Positions 13,428-32,990 of a DNA stretch of 64,000 nt are shown piece by piece. Origin of the DNA: the human T2T-CHM13v2.0 reference genome, Homo sapiens; the NCBI RefSeq assembly GCF_009914755.1, contig NC_060927.1; one strand, given 5' to 3'. A program made the position numbers and the translations under genes. Each line of letters opens with the position of its first letter. Position 1 is the first letter of the stretch. The notes under the pieces are model-generated. The model made no database searches. It was not told the DNA's origin and saw only the letters and a program-made list of their open reading frames with translations.

Positions 13428-14405
13428 GTAAAACAAACTACCAACAGAGTAAATAGACAACCTACAGAACAGGAGAAAATATCTGCAAACCACGCATCCA
13501 ACAAATTGGATCCAGCAAATCCAAAAGATTCTGCATCCAGAATCTATAAGGAACTTAAATCAACAAACAAAAAACAAATAATCTCACTAAAAAGTGAGCA
13601 AAGGGCATGAACACACTTCTGAAAAGAAGACATACAAGCTCCACCAAACATGTCAGAAAATGCTCAGCATTACTAATCATCAGAGAGATGCAAATCAAAA
13701 CCACAATGAGACACCATCTCACAACAGTCAGAATGGCGACTATTAAAAAGTCAAAAAATAACAAATGTTGGCAAGGTTGCAGAGAAAAAGTAGTGCTTAT
13801 ACACTGTTGCTGAGAATGTAAACTAGTTGAGCAACTGTGGAAAGCAGTTTGGAGATTTCTTAAAGAACTTAAAACAGAACCACCTTTTGACCCAGCAATC
13901 CCACTACTGGGTCTATACTCAAGGAAAATAATTTATTCAATCAAAAAGACACATGCACTTGTATGTTCATTGCAGTATTATTTACAATAGCAAAGACATG
14001 GAATCAACCCAAGTGCCTATCAAGAGTGGACTAAAGAAAATGTGGTACATATACATCATGGCATAGCATGAGCCATAAAAAAGAACAAAATTATGTCTTT
14101 TGCGGCAACATGGATGCAGCTAGAAGCCATTATTCTAAATAAATTAATACAAAAACAAAACAAAATAACACATATTCTCACTTATAAATGGCAGCTAAAC
14201 ACTGGGGACACACTGAGACAAAGATGGGAACAATAGGCACTGGGGACTCCAAAAGGGGAGAGGGAGGGAGAAGAGCAGGGGTTGAAAAACTGCATGTTCA
14301 CTATTTGGGTGACAGGATTAATAGAAGCCCAAACCTCAGCATCATGCGATATATTCGTGTAACAAATGTGTGCATGTACCCCCAAATCTAAAATTTAAAA
14401 GAAAT
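13428..14405 (+). mobile_element. 5'-truncated older primate L1 (L1PA15/16- or L1PB-like) inserted into an L1M
   Basis: NRVNRQPTE and IIREMQIKTTMR remnants; 3'UTR AGAAGCCCAAACCTCAGCATCATG. Confidence 0.8.
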
Positions 14406-16301
14406 CAAGTATCTAATAAACAACATATCTCATCCATATCTCATCCTCTGTTCTCTGCCTAGTCATCCTTTGCTCTCCCCAACTCCTAGCAACTACTGAT
14501 CTTTTTACTGTCTTCATAGTTTTGCCTTTCCAAGAATGCCATATAGTTGGAACTATCTAAGATGTAGTACTTTCAGATTGGCTTCTTTCACTTAATGATA
14601 TGCACTTAAGTCTCCTCCATGTCTTTTCATGGCTTGATAGTGGGTATCTTTTTACTGCTGAATAATATTCCACTGTATGGAAGTACCTCCATAGTTTATT
14701 TATCCATTCACATACAGAAGGGCATCTTGGTTGCTTCCAAGTTTGGACAATTATGAATAAAGCTATTATAAACATCCATGTGCAGGTTTTGTGTGGACAT
14801 AATTTTGTAGTTCATTTGGATAAACAGGACATAGTAGAAGTAACTTTAGTTTGTAAGAAACTGTCCAACTATCTTCCAAAGTGGCTGTGCAATTTTGCAT
14901 TCCCACTGGCAGTAAATGAGAGTTCCTATTGCTCCATGTCCTCACCAGCATTTTGTATTGTCAGTGTTTTCGATTTTGGCCATCCTAATGGGTGTGTAAT
15001 GGTATCTCATTGCTGTTTTAATTTGCAATTCCCTAATGACATAAGATGTTGAACATCTTTTCACATGCTTATTTGGCATCTGTGTATCTTCTTTAGTGAG
15101 ATGACCAGGTCTTTTGCCCATTTTTAAAATCAGATTGTTTATTTTCTTATTGTTGAGTTTTAAGAGTTCTTTGTATATTTTGGATAACAGTCTTTTTCAG
15201 ATATGTTTTGCAAATATTTTGTCCTAGGCTGTGACTTGTCTTCTTACCTTCATGACTTGGCTTCACTTTTTTATTTAAATCTTTGATCCACCTGGAAATT
15301 ATTTTGATCTAAAGAATGAGGTTAGGAATCCAGGTATTGTTTGGTTTTTATAGATATGCTAATTCAGTTATCTCAACATGACTTATTGAATAATTTATCT
15401 TCCCCCAGTGATTTGAAATGCCACTTTCATGCTAAATTTTCATATGTACTTAGATCTAAAAAACAGAATGCTTTTTAAAGTCTGTATTTTGTGGTTACTT
15501 AAAATAGAGGGCACCTATATATACCTAACATTATAAACCACTGTTGTGTAACTGCATTGGGCTGGGATTTCCCCAAGGACTTATTGGGGACTCCATGAGA
15601 ACAGAGGCCATTAGCCTGGGAGCTCCTTGAACTTGTCTACTCTCTCAAACTGACCATTCCCTAAGGGCAGGAATCCAACTGTACCTATAAAGAGGCCTTC
15701 CCACAAAAAGACATTCCTTCCCCCATTAGATAAAAGGGCCCTTTTGCTTCTGTGAAGATGAGAATGCCAAAGGCAGAGGCTGTGGCCTCTGTATCATCTC
15801 CACAAATCACTGGATACCTGCCTGGAATACTGGCCATTCTCTCCTCTTTATTGATTGTCTCTCCACTTCTTAAAACTGTGTTCCTGGCCTCAGGGCCTTC
15901 TGAAGAGAGGGTGGCAATGTGTGTTGTGGACCAAGTAAAAGTGATGACCACCTCTGTTTGGTGTCCAGAGCTGACATTCCTCCTGGACAGCAGAAAAACA
16001 CTTGGGGATAGAGGGTTGCCTTCCCTTCAAAGTCAGGCCTCTCAGGAAGTCAGGTTCCTTACTTCTTGGCCAGCTCAGTGGTCTGGGCAGGAAGAAAAGG
16101 TCTTCAGCTTCGTGACCTCTGCATGTCCCATTCCTCACCTCCTCCAGAACTGTTTTGCTTTCCTCTGCATTGCCAGCTGCTGCCCTCCCCACCCTGGGCT
16201 TCTCCTTCCTTTTGAATGTTTTATTTTCCTTTTCATAAAAGATAAGTTTGCAGCTTTCCTTAAGAGATCAGGATGGAGTTGAGCAGAGAGTCCTCTAGGT
16301 G

Positions 16302-16411
16302 GAGTAGTTATCTATGGAGACACAAAGAAGGGGATGTTGATGAAACCCTCAGTATCATCAGTGAGGGTTTCATCAATATCCCCTTCTTTGTCTCACCACA
16401 GATAACTACTC
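16302..16411. repeat. 110-bp inverted repeat (50-bp arms, 10-nt spacer)
   Basis: 16302-16351 matches the reverse complement of 16362-16411 at 46 of 50 positions, with no gaps. Confidence 0.95.
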
Positions 16412-17045
16412 AGGAACCTGAATTGGGGGAGTTTTAGTATTTTCAAGAATTCCACATGTCAAAGTTACTCACTGCTGCCCAGACTTTGTGTTAGCAAAAA
16501 TTCATTATTATTATTTCATAAGGAATAAATTAATAAAACATGCAATTAAATGTTCCCTTTTAGCAACTCTATATCATTAAGGCCTGCAGGCTCAGGTCTC
16601 CACTGATGAGCTTGCTCCGCAGGCAGATCTGAGACAGAGGCTCAGCTGCTCAGGTGAGATGGGGCAGCCAGCAGCCCTCCGCTGAGCCCCACAGTAAGCA
16701 GTGGAGGGAGAGACTAGCGCAGAGGACAGAAGGGCACTAAGGGATGTCAGGGAGGGGTTGGGAGGTTGGAGGGTGCATTTCCAGCTCTGATACTCACCAC
16801 TGTTTTCACTAGAGTCTCTGTTTCTTCATATCTAAGATGATGGTGGCAATTCCCTCTCACATGATTGTCATGAGGATGAAATGAAGCTGCATATAAAGCA
16901 GGTATCTGGCATATAGGGACTTGAATGGCACTTACTATTCCAATCAAGTCATCCAAGACTCATTACAGTGGCCTTGTTGTAGTCATGGAAAGTGTTCATA
17001 GATTAGCACCTCATACTGCAATGATGAATTTGGGTTGATAATTAT

Positions 17046-17319
17046 TTTACTTTATTTTATTTTATTTTTTTGAGAGGCAGAGTCTCACTCTGTCACCCAG
17101 GCTGGAGTGCAATGGCACAATCTCGGCTCACTGCAACCTGCGCCTCCCGGGTTCAAGTGATTCTCTGCCTCAGCCTCCCAAGTAGCTGGGATTACAGGCA
17201 CATGCCACCACACCCAGATAATCTGTTGTATTTTTAGTAGAGACGGGGTTTCACCGTGTTAGCCAGGATGGTCTCGATCTCCTGACCTTGTGAACCTCCC
17301 ACCTCGGCCTCCCAAAGTG
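17046..17319 (-). mobile_element. 5'-truncated AluS (Sc-like)
   Basis: Reverse Alu ending at CCCAAAGTG; TGATAATTAT on both flanks. Confidence 0.9.
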
Positions 17320-17504
17320 ATAATTATATTTTTATAAAAGATGCCATGCATTTTCTCTTTTTGTTTGTTCTTGATTGACTAAAACAGCAGAAGGTGCCAT
17401 GTACTTTCTTCCTCATCCCCACCCACTTACTCTCCCCCTTATCTTTGGCCCTCCATCTAGCAGAAAATCTGTATTCCTCTATGAGTACTCTAAGCCACAC
17501 CTAC

Positions 17505-17766
17505 AATCGCCCTAATCTAACATGACTGATGTCCTTATAAGAAGAGGAGACTGGAACACAGATACACACTGACAGACAACCATGTGGCAGGGTCCCAATG
17601 AGAAGGCAGCCATCTGCAAGCTAAGGAGCAAGACCTTAGAAGAAACCAAGCCTCCCAAAATGTCCATCTTGGGCTTCTAGCCTCCAAAACTGTAAGCAAA
17701 TTTCTGTTGGTGGAGCTACCTGATCTGTGGTACTTTTTGTTATGGCAGCTCCAGCAAACTCATACT
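17505..17766 (+). mobile_element. MLT1 LTR 3' fragment
   Basis: CATGACTGATGTCCTTATAAGAAGAGGAGA...GTACTTTTTGTTATGGCAGC. Confidence 0.75.
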
Positions 17767-18859
17767 ACCCACCTCTTCACGTGGCTGGCTCCTTCTTATT
17801 CTCTGTTTTCAGCATGAATGTCATATCCTCAGAGAGTGTGCCCCTAACCACTCGGTCTAAACAACACCCTCCTCTCATTTGTTTTTCCATAAAATTGTTT
17901 ACATTGTAAAATTATTTTACTTACTGACCAGTGTATTGTCTGTTTTACAATAGAATATAACTTCAGCGACAGCTGTCACCTTGTCTGTCTTACTGCTCTG
18001 CTAGGACAGTACTTGGCACAGGGTAGGCATGTGGAAAAATATTTCTTGGATGTCCATGTTGCCAAGTGCCAATGAAGCTACAGAGACAAATATGAGATGG
18101 CTCCCAGCCTGGGACAGCACAGTGCCTTTCGTATGCCAGGAATCTTGGCACTCAGGGAGTACATGAGCCCAAGGTGTGGACAGAACGGGGTCTGGTGAGG
18201 TCAGCCCAGAGCTGCGGAGGCCTAAAGTAGGGGAGAGAGATTTTCCAGAGGGAGGCATATCTGAAAGCCCAAAAGAATGAAACAACTGTGTGAGTATGAA
18301 CAACAGCAGCAGCTCAGCAGGCCTAGAGTAACTTGTGCTTGTTCAAGGCAGGAGGGTGGGAGGGAGAGGTAGACACGGATTTCACCATGAAAGGCTTGAG
18401 TGCCAAGCTAAGGGATTTGAACTTTCTTTTATCTATTCCCACCCCTCCTCTCCCTTATAAGTAGAAAAATGAATAAATTCAACCTACAAGGTTTATCTCA
18501 TATACTTATATGTGAGATAATATGTTATGTAAAAGCATCCACCAATAGGTCAGATACCTAGCTGATAAAAATCAGTTGAATAAAAGTTAGTTGCATAACT
18601 GTCAATAGACATTTTCTTTCTTAGACCCAAATGGATGGTGGACAATTTCTCACCCACAGTTACAATTGTACCAACTTATCACTTATTCAGTTATCTACCT
18701 ATTACATACACACATTTAGCAATCACTTCATTCCATTTTCACATCCTCTCTTTGTCCTTATAAGGGTGGAGTTGTACACACACTTAATTTAAGGAATCAA
18801 ATTACATGAGCAGTAGATGCACTCAAACCTGAAACGATGCTACAGTTCAGCTAAAATCA

Positions 18860-20843
<1,984 letters not shown>

Positions 20844-22007
20844 TAATGTTATCTCTGATCTTATTACTCCATCCTGTTTGGAAACGAAAGCCTTACTCAG
20901 CCAAAATTATGAAAAAACTGTGAAAACAATTTTAAGTATTTCACAATCAATGACAGAATGAAAGACAAACTATTTAGCTGTGGCCAAGAAATTGAGTGGC
21001 AATGGTTTCATTGACATCTTGGAAGAAGATACTAGAAGATTCATTGAAGAGCAGAGATAAATATTAGTACAAAAAAAGAGTATCTCCTACTTCTGGGAGA
21101 TTTCTAGGCTTTTCAGAGGTAATTCTGACTATAAGTTGTGGGGCTTTCCCTTCCAGCACTTATCTTTGACCCTGACCCAAGCACAATGAGACTCTTCTGC
21201 ACTGTTCTCCATTTCCTACCTGTTCACCCAACTATTAAGCAGATTAAGAGGGGATGGCTTTTAAAAGTAGAGGCTGGAGAAGCCAAAAAGTTGCTGAACT
21301 GGTTCTCTTAACCCCAGGCTGTAAAATGAAGCTGTTATCACCCCCTTCGTTACTAAATATTTGTCAGATGCTGCCTCTAACAGCCGTGCTGCCAAACCAG
21401 AAGTCTATCCTTTCAACTAATGGCTCTTGACCCCAGATGCTGACCCAGTGCTAACATTGTGCCAGGTACTGTAGAGGAGAAAAAATATCAATCACTTTTT
21501 GACTTTGGGGAGGGCTCAGAGACCCAAGGTGGCACCTATGAAACCATTAAAGACAGTCCAAGGGCAAATTACAGATTTTCCTCTTCAGACTGCAAAGGCC
21601 AACTGGGTACCCAGCACAGTAAATGTAGAGACCCCACCAACATCATGATACCTTGTGTCAAAAATTTCCTAAAGCCAGAGATAAAAAAATATATATCCTA
21701 AAGGTTTTGGGGAAGATGGAACAAGAAAAATGGGGAATAAGAAAATGGAGTAAGAAAGCTAAATCTGCATTTATTATAACCAGAAATGTAATAAATAATA
21801 TCTGAATTTAAGAAATTCAAAAAAACATCATACACTACTACTGTTGAGAACTACAGAACTAAAGAAAGAGGAAAAAGTTGAATGTGGTTACTTCTAGGTA
21901 CAAAAATGTGGAGATAGAAAAAAAATGGGGTGGGGGTCTGATGTTTTTCCTTATAACTTCTCCAGTACTACACATTTACTTTTTTATAACCATGTGCATC
22001 ACCTGTA

Positions 22008-22905
22008 ATTTTTTTTATTGTGGTAAAATATATACATATAATATAACGTTTATCATTTTCATCATTTTTGAGTATATAATTCAGTGGCATTAAGTACATT
22101 CACATTGTACTGCAGCCATTATCAATATCCATTTCTGGAACTTTTTAATAATTCCAAATGGAAACCCAAACCCATTAAACAATAGCTCTCCATTTTCTCC
22201 TCCCCACAGCCCATAGAAACCACTATTTCTTTGTATGAATTTGACTATTCTAGGTACCTCACATAAGTGGAATCATTACAATATTTGTCCTTTTGTGTCT
22301 GATTTATTTCACTTGGCATAATGTTTTAGTTTCATCCATGTTGTAGCCGGGGTCAGAATTTCCTTTCTTTTTAAGGTTGAATAACATCCATTGTATGTAT
22401 GTACAACATATTGTGTATCCATTCACCTGCTGATGGACATGTTGACAAGTTGTTTCCCTCTTTGAGCTATTGTAAATAATGTTGTTATGAACATTGATGT
22501 GCAAGTATCTGTTGGAATCTCTGTTTTCAATTCTTTTGGGTGTAGACCAAGAAGTGGAATTGCTAGGTCATACAGTAATTCTATGTTTAACTTTTTAAGA
22601 AACTGTGATACAGTTTTTCACAACAGCTGCACCATTTTACACTCCCAGCAGCAATATGCACGAGTTTCCAATTTCTCCACATCCTGGTCAATACTCTTGT
22701 ATCTTCTGGGTTTTTTAAAATATGCACATTTGTTTATAGCCATCCTAATGAGTGTGAAGTAGTATCTCATTATGGTTTTGATATATGTTTCCCTAATGAT
22801 TAGTAATGTTAAGCATCTTTTTATGGGCTTATTGCCATTTGTATCTCTTCTTTGGATAAATGTGAATTCAAGTCCTTTGCCCATTTTTGGATTGGTTGTT
22901 TGTTT
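22008..22905 (-). mobile_element. L1MA/MB 3' fragment
   Basis: ATTCAGTGGCATTAAGTACATTCACATTG; minus-strand ORF remnant [15 protein letters not shown]. Confidence 0.8.
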
Positions 22906-23614
22906 TTATTATTTTTTCAATAAAAACAAGGAGTTAATGTTAAAAGCAAGATCTAAATGCCAACATGGAAGCTGAGTTTCAAAGCAGTGGCTCTTGATGA
23001 GGCCCCTAGATCGGTTCCTAAATGGGAAGCAGGGTACTACTCTATTACCACAGTGTTGAAGAACTAGGCATGTCCATGCAAAATAAAAAAAGTGTGTTAC
23101 ACCCTCTTCTCAATGAAATCTACATATTTCTTTGCAAGGCCTTCCCTGTCTTCTAATACCCTTCTCCTGAAATATAAGAAAAATCATGTTTGTTTGTTTG
23201 TTTGTTCATGGCTCCTGGGACACTGTCCTGAGAAATACAAGGAAAATGTTGATTCACTATGGGGAAAATCCCTTTTTACAAGTAAAGCTTCTTATCTAGC
23301 CCCAGTACTACTTCTGTATGCTTGCCACCATTGTATCTAAGAACCATTAAACATTATTGATTCAACCTCATTCTTGTTGGAAAAAAAAAAAGAAAAAGAA
23401 AAATTTTTGAATACACAGAGTGGCTGATAGGAGTGGCAGCTCCAAAAGGAGATTAAGTCCGCATTAGGGAACAATTGCCCTCATGACTTTTCATCTGGAG
23501 CTCAGATATAAGTGAACATTTTGTCTTCTTGGGCACCAGTTTCTCGTTGTTGGGGGTGGTGGCGGTGATTGCAGGAACTACAGCTTACATTTTCAATCAA
23601 CAAAGAAAACTATT

Positions 23615-23800
23615 GAAATGGTGTAGAATAGAAGGCAAGAGTGTAGACTTTGGAGCCAAACTGCCCATGTTTCCATCCCAGCTCAGTGACATTCTAGCTA
23701 AGTCACCTTAACAAATTCCCTGACCTCTCAGTTTCCTCATCTGTAAAATGGCACCTCATTAGGTTGTAGAGAAGATTAAATACTGGCAAAGGGCTTGCAA
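23615..23800. mobile_element. MIR
   Basis: Core CTCAGTTTCCTCATCTGTAAAATGG. Confidence 0.75.
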
Positions 23801-25084
23801 CAATGCCTCTAAGTGTTGTATAAATCTGAAGCACTTTGAGATAATCACCAGCTTGGCACGGAGAGTACCCAGAAAAACATTTACCCAACTGTTGGGATTC
23901 CCCTGAGGAGTGGGATTTAGGAAGAGAGGTTGATGGGAGGATTTTAATTTCTATCTCATGCACCTTTGTACTCTCTGAATTTACTAGTTTTTACTAAAAG
24001 TAAAATGAAGAAAAAAATTAAGATAGCATATGGCTAAGAGAATATGAACAAATCTCTTCCAATCTCCCACTAAAATAGTGAAGAAGACATAGAAATAAAA
24101 TAAATAAGGATAAATAATAGAAATAAAATCAATAAAAATTTTAAAAAATAAGGAATTTTTTTTTGACCCTGGATGCTGACCCAGTGCTAACATTGTGCCA
24201 GGTACTGCAGGGAAGAAAAAATGTCAAGCACACTTTTTGGCTTTTCCGAAAAGCCACAGGAATTTTCTGAACCCACAAGACCAATAGAGGCCAAGGTGTA
24301 GGGGTTGGGGAGGATGACATCAGTGGTCCATCTAAGCTCTACTCCACCATAGGTATTAACAACTTTTCTTCGGCTTATTAGCAATTAAAAGTTGAGACCA
24401 GTACTAACCCGGAAATCTAGTCCCCTTTACTTCATAATGAGTTTGCTTGTTTGTTTTGAGGCTGGCATTGGGTTGAGAACACACTGATGGTGAAGATCCC
24501 TTTCTCTTTATTCAATAAGAAACTACAACTCCCAGAAGGCCCCTCAGCAGGAATAGGTGGTGGGAGGAGGTGAAGATGCATCTAATACCAAAGCGTGGTC
24601 TTAGTCCCACCCACCCTGCCCTAACGACTTTCTTCTGGAAGCATGTTTGTGCAAGGGCCACGGGCTCCAGAAACCTCACGTTTGTACTGATCTTGATGGA
24701 ACCACTTGAAGAAGCATTCGAAGAAACACGAATGAGGGGGAAGGTTATAAAAGAGTGGGCAGATCACGCTTGCACCTCAGCAACTCAACCCTGGAATCCC
24801 AGCAAGGATGACGACTAAGGCAACCACACCCGAGGGGGCGGTCCCCAGGGATACCAGCCAGAATGTGCAGAGGGCAGAGTCGACTTCCACGGTGGCTTCT
24901 GAATGAGGTTCAAAAAGAACCCATCACATTAGGAACTGTCATTACACATAGAAATAACTCTTATTGCACATAAGAACTCTGGCTCCCTCCTTACCAGTTT
25001 CAGAAACTTCATTAAGTGTAATTACTATGGCATTCACTATATCAAAAACATGAGCTACAGCTATTGTCTTAAATGAAATACACC

Positions 25085-25695
25085 TAAAATGGTGCAGCCA
25101 CTTTGGAAAAGATTGGCAGCACCCCAGAAGGTTAAACATAGGGTTATGTAACCCAGCAGTTCCACTCCTAGGTATATGCCCAAGAGAATTGAAAACATAT
25201 GCCCATAATAAAGCTTGTACAAGAATGTTCATAGCAGCATTATTCATATAAACGGATAACAAACAAGCAGAAACAATCCAAAGAGCCATCAATTGAGAAT
25301 GGATAAACAAAATTGATATATACATAAAATGGAATGTTATCAGTCATAAAAGGGAGTGAAGTACTGAAAAACACTGCAACATGAATGAACCTCAAAAACA
25401 CTATGTTTAGTGAAAGAAATTGGATACAAAAATGCCTCATATTGTATGATTCATTTGTATGAAATGTCCAGAATAGGCAAAACCAAAGAGTTAGAAAGTA
25501 GATTAGCCAGGAGATAAAAGAGGGAAATGGAAGTGACTGCTAAAAGGTACAGGGTCAGTTTTTGGGTAAGAAAAATATTCTGGAATTAGGTAGTGGTGAT
25601 GATTGCATAACCTTGAAATATACTAAAAACCACTAAATCATACACTTTAAGTTGATGAATTTTATGGTATGTGAATTGTATTTTGATAAAGCTGG
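25085..25695 (+). mobile_element. Old L1M 3' fragment
   Basis: AAATGGTGCAGCCACTTTGGAAAA; GAAATGTCCAGAATAGGCAAA; TTTTATGGTATGTGAATTGTAT. Confidence 0.8.
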
Positions 25696-26015
25696 TATAA
25701 GAGAGAAATAGCCCTCAAATGTTAACGCAGTGTGTTTTTGGAAAGTATGGCTAGGAGTGCCCCAATTTTTATTTCTACTTTTCTGTTTTTGACAAATTTT
25801 GTCAAGTTTTCCCCTTCTGATGGCAGCTTGTTTACCAACTGAAGCTATGGAGTCAGACAGACTGGTGGATTCAAATCCAAGCTCCCCTTGGATGAACTGG
25901 GTAATCATGACCAAGTCACTTACTTATTCTAAACACAGTTTTCTCATGTGAAATTAAGGGGATTATATCACTTATCTCATAGGGTAGTTGTGAGAGTTTA
26001 ATGATAAAATGTTAT

Positions 26016-26465
26016 AGCTGGGCATGGTGTTGTGTGGCTGTTGTCCTAGCTACTCAGGAGACTGAGGCAGGAGGGTTTTTGCATCCAGGAGTTTGAGGCC
26101 AGCCTGCACAACATAGCAATGTAGCAACTCTGGGCAGCAAAGAGAGATGCCATCTCTAAAATAACAAAGAGAGTGTTATAAAGTGCTTAAAGCCTGGTAC
26201 ATTAGTAAGTCCCCAAGAAATATCAGCTACCATTTTTAAATTTTTGTTTATGAGACAGGGTCTCACTCTGTTGCCCAGGCTGGAGTGGACTAATGCTATC
26301 ATAGCTTACTGCAGACTCTAACTCAGCCTCCTGTTTTATTTTTTGTAAAGACAGGGGCCTCACTGTATTGCCCAGGGTGGTCTCCAACTCCTTGCCTAAA
26401 GCAATCCTTCTGCCTTGGCCTCCCAAAGTGCTAGAATTATAAGCATAAGCCACAGCACCTGGCCC
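26016..26465. mobile_element. FLAM-like monomer (+, ~26016-26165) and deleted AluJ (-, ~26235-26465)
   Basis: Diverged Alu motifs in opposite orientations. Confidence 0.75.
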
Positions 26466-26484
26466 ATTTTTGTTATTAGAAATA

Positions 26485-26539
26485 TGAAGGATCTTGAAAA
26501 GGTTCACGGAAAATGCATATTATAAAAAAAACTATGTAT
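26485..26539 (+). mobile_element. HSMAR2 mariner, 5' terminal piece (left TIR)
   Basis: TA followed by TGAAGGATCTTGAAAAGGTTCACGGAAAATG, resembling the HSMAR2 TIR; the element continues on the far side of the L1. Confidence 0.8.
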
Positions 26540-27860
26540 CCCGGGCAAAATGGCCAAATAGGAACAGCTCTGGTCTGCAGCTCCCAGCAAGACCAAAGCA
26601 GAAGGCGGGTGATTTCTGCATTTCCAACTGAGGTATCCAGTTCATGTCGTTGGGACTGGTTAGACAGTGAGTGCAGCCCACGGAGGGCGAGTGGAAGCAG
26701 GGTGGGGCATCGTCTCACCCAGGAAGCACAAGGGGTTGGGGTACTCCCTCCCCTAGCCAAGGGAAGCCATGAGGGACCGTGCTGTAAGGGACAGTGCACT
26801 CTGGACCAGATACTACACTTTTCCCACAGTCTTCACAACCCACAGACCAGAGATTCCCTCGGGTGCTTACAGCACAAAGGACCTGGGTTTCAAGCACAAA
26901 ACTGGGCAGCAACTGGGGGAGACACTGAGCTAGCTGCAGGAGTTTTTTTTCATACCCCAGTGGCACCTGGAACGCCAGCAAGATAGAACTGTTCACTCCC
27001 CTGGAAAGGGGGCTGAAGCCAGGGAGCCAAGTGATCTAGCTCAGCAAATCTCACCCCCATGGGGCCCAGCAAGCTAAGATCCACTGGCTTGAAATTCTCG
27101 CTGCCAGTACAGGAGTCAGAAGTCAACATGGGACGCTTGAGCTTGGCGCGGGGAGGGGCGTCTGCCATTACTGAGGCTTGAGTAGGCGGTTGGTTTTCCC
27201 CTCACAGTGTAAACAAAGCTGCTCCAAGTTCGGACTAGGCAGAGCCCCACCACAGCGCTGGAAAGCCACTGTAGCCCAACTGCCTCTCCAGATTCCTGCT
27301 CTTTGGGCAGAGCATCTCTGAAAGAAAGGCAGCAGCCCCAGTCAGGGGCTTACAGAGAAAACTCCCATCTCCCTGGGACAGAGCACCTGGGGGAAGGGGC
27401 AGCTGTGGGTACAGCTTCAGCAGACTTAAACGTTCCTGCTTGCCGGCTCTGAAGAGAGCGGCAGACTCTGCTAAGGGACAGATTGGCTCCTCAAGTGGGT
27501 CCCTGACCCCTGAGCGTCTTGACAGGAGGACAACTCCCAGCAGAGGTCAACAGACTCATCACACAGGAGAGCTCCAGCTGGTATCTGGCGGGTGCCCCTC
27601 TGGGATGAAGCTTCCAGAGGAAGGAGCAGGCAGCAATCTTTGCTGTTCTGCAGCCTCCACTGGTGATACCCAGGCAAACAGGGTCAGGAGTGGACCCCCA
27701 GCAAACTCCAGCAGACCTGCAGAAGAGGGTCCTGACTGTTAGAAGGAAAACTAACAAACAGAAAACAATAGCATCAACATCAAAAAAAAAAGGATGACCA
27801 AAAAAAACTCCATCCGAAGGTCACCAACGGCAAAGGCCAAAGGTAGATAAATCCATGAAG

Positions 27861-28871
27861 ATGAGGAAAAACCAGTGCAAAAAGGCTGAAAATGCCAAAA
27901 ACTAGAACGTCTCTTCTCCAAAGGATCAAGGGAACAAAATTGGATGGAGAATGAATTTGACGAATTGACAGAAGTAGGCTTCAGAAGGTGGGTAATAACA
28001 AACTCCTCCAAGCTAAAGGAGCATGTTCTAACCCAATGCAAGGAAGCTAAGAACCTTGATAAAAGGTTAGAGGAATGGCTAACTAGAATAACCAGCTTAG
28101 AGAAAAACATAAATGACCTGATAGAGCTGAAAAACACAACATGAGAACTTTGTGAAGCATACAGAAAGAAGTATCAATAGCCAAATCAATCAAGTGGAAG
28201 AAAGGATGTCAGAGATTGAAGATCAACTTAATGAAATAAAGCATGAAGACAAGATTAGAGAAAAAAGAATGAAAAGGAACAAACAAAGCCTCCAAGAAAT
28301 ATGGCACTATGTGAAAAGACCAAACCTAAATTTGATTGGTATACCTGAAAGTGACAGGGAGAATGGAACCAAGATGGAAAACACTCTTCAGGATATTATT
28401 CAGGAGAACTTCCCCAACCTAGCAAGAAAGGCCAACATTCAAATTCAGGAAATACAGAGACCACCACAAAGATACTCCTCGAGAAAACAAGCCCCAAGAC
28501 ATATAATCGTCAGATTCACCAAGGTTAAAATGAAGGAAAAAATCTTAAGGGCAGTCAGAGAGAAAGGCTGGGTTACCCACAAAGGGAAGCCCATCAGACT
28601 AACAGCAAATATCTCTGCAGAAACTCTACAAGCCAGAGGAGAGTGGGAGCCGATATTCAACGTTCTCAAAGAAAAGAATTTTCAACCCAGAATTTCATAT
28701 CCAGAAAAACTAAGCTTCATAAGTGAAGGAGAAATAAAATCCTTTACAGACTAGCAAATGCTGTGGGATTTTGTCACCACCAGGCCTGCCTTACAAGAGC
28801 TCCTGAAGGAAGCACTAAATATGGAAAGGAAAAACTGGTACCAGCCACTGCAAAAACAAACCAAAATGTAA
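27861..28871 (+). pseudogene. L1 ORF1p, disrupted
   Basis: Fragments MENEFDELTEVGFRR..., YVKRPNL, ENFPNLAR, NFQPRISYP; broken by stops and frameshifts. Confidence 0.9.
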
Positions 28872-28934
28872 AGACAATCAACACTACGAAGAAACTGCAT
28901 CAACTAATGTGCAAAATAACCAGGTAGCATCTTA

Positions 28935-32990
<4,056 letters not shown>

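Larger units (their letters stand above)
12100..15450 (-). mobile_element. Nested cluster of old L1M fragments on the minus strand
   Basis: Reverse L1 3'-end motifs (TTTATTGAGGTATAAATTACATA; GCAGTTTTAGGTTCACAGCA; GGTTGCTTCCAAGTTTGG). Boundaries approximate. Confidence 0.7.

Noticed and set aside
15752-16282. 176-aa ORF next to the palindrome
   Set aside because: No recognisable homology, promoter or splice structure; within chance expectation.
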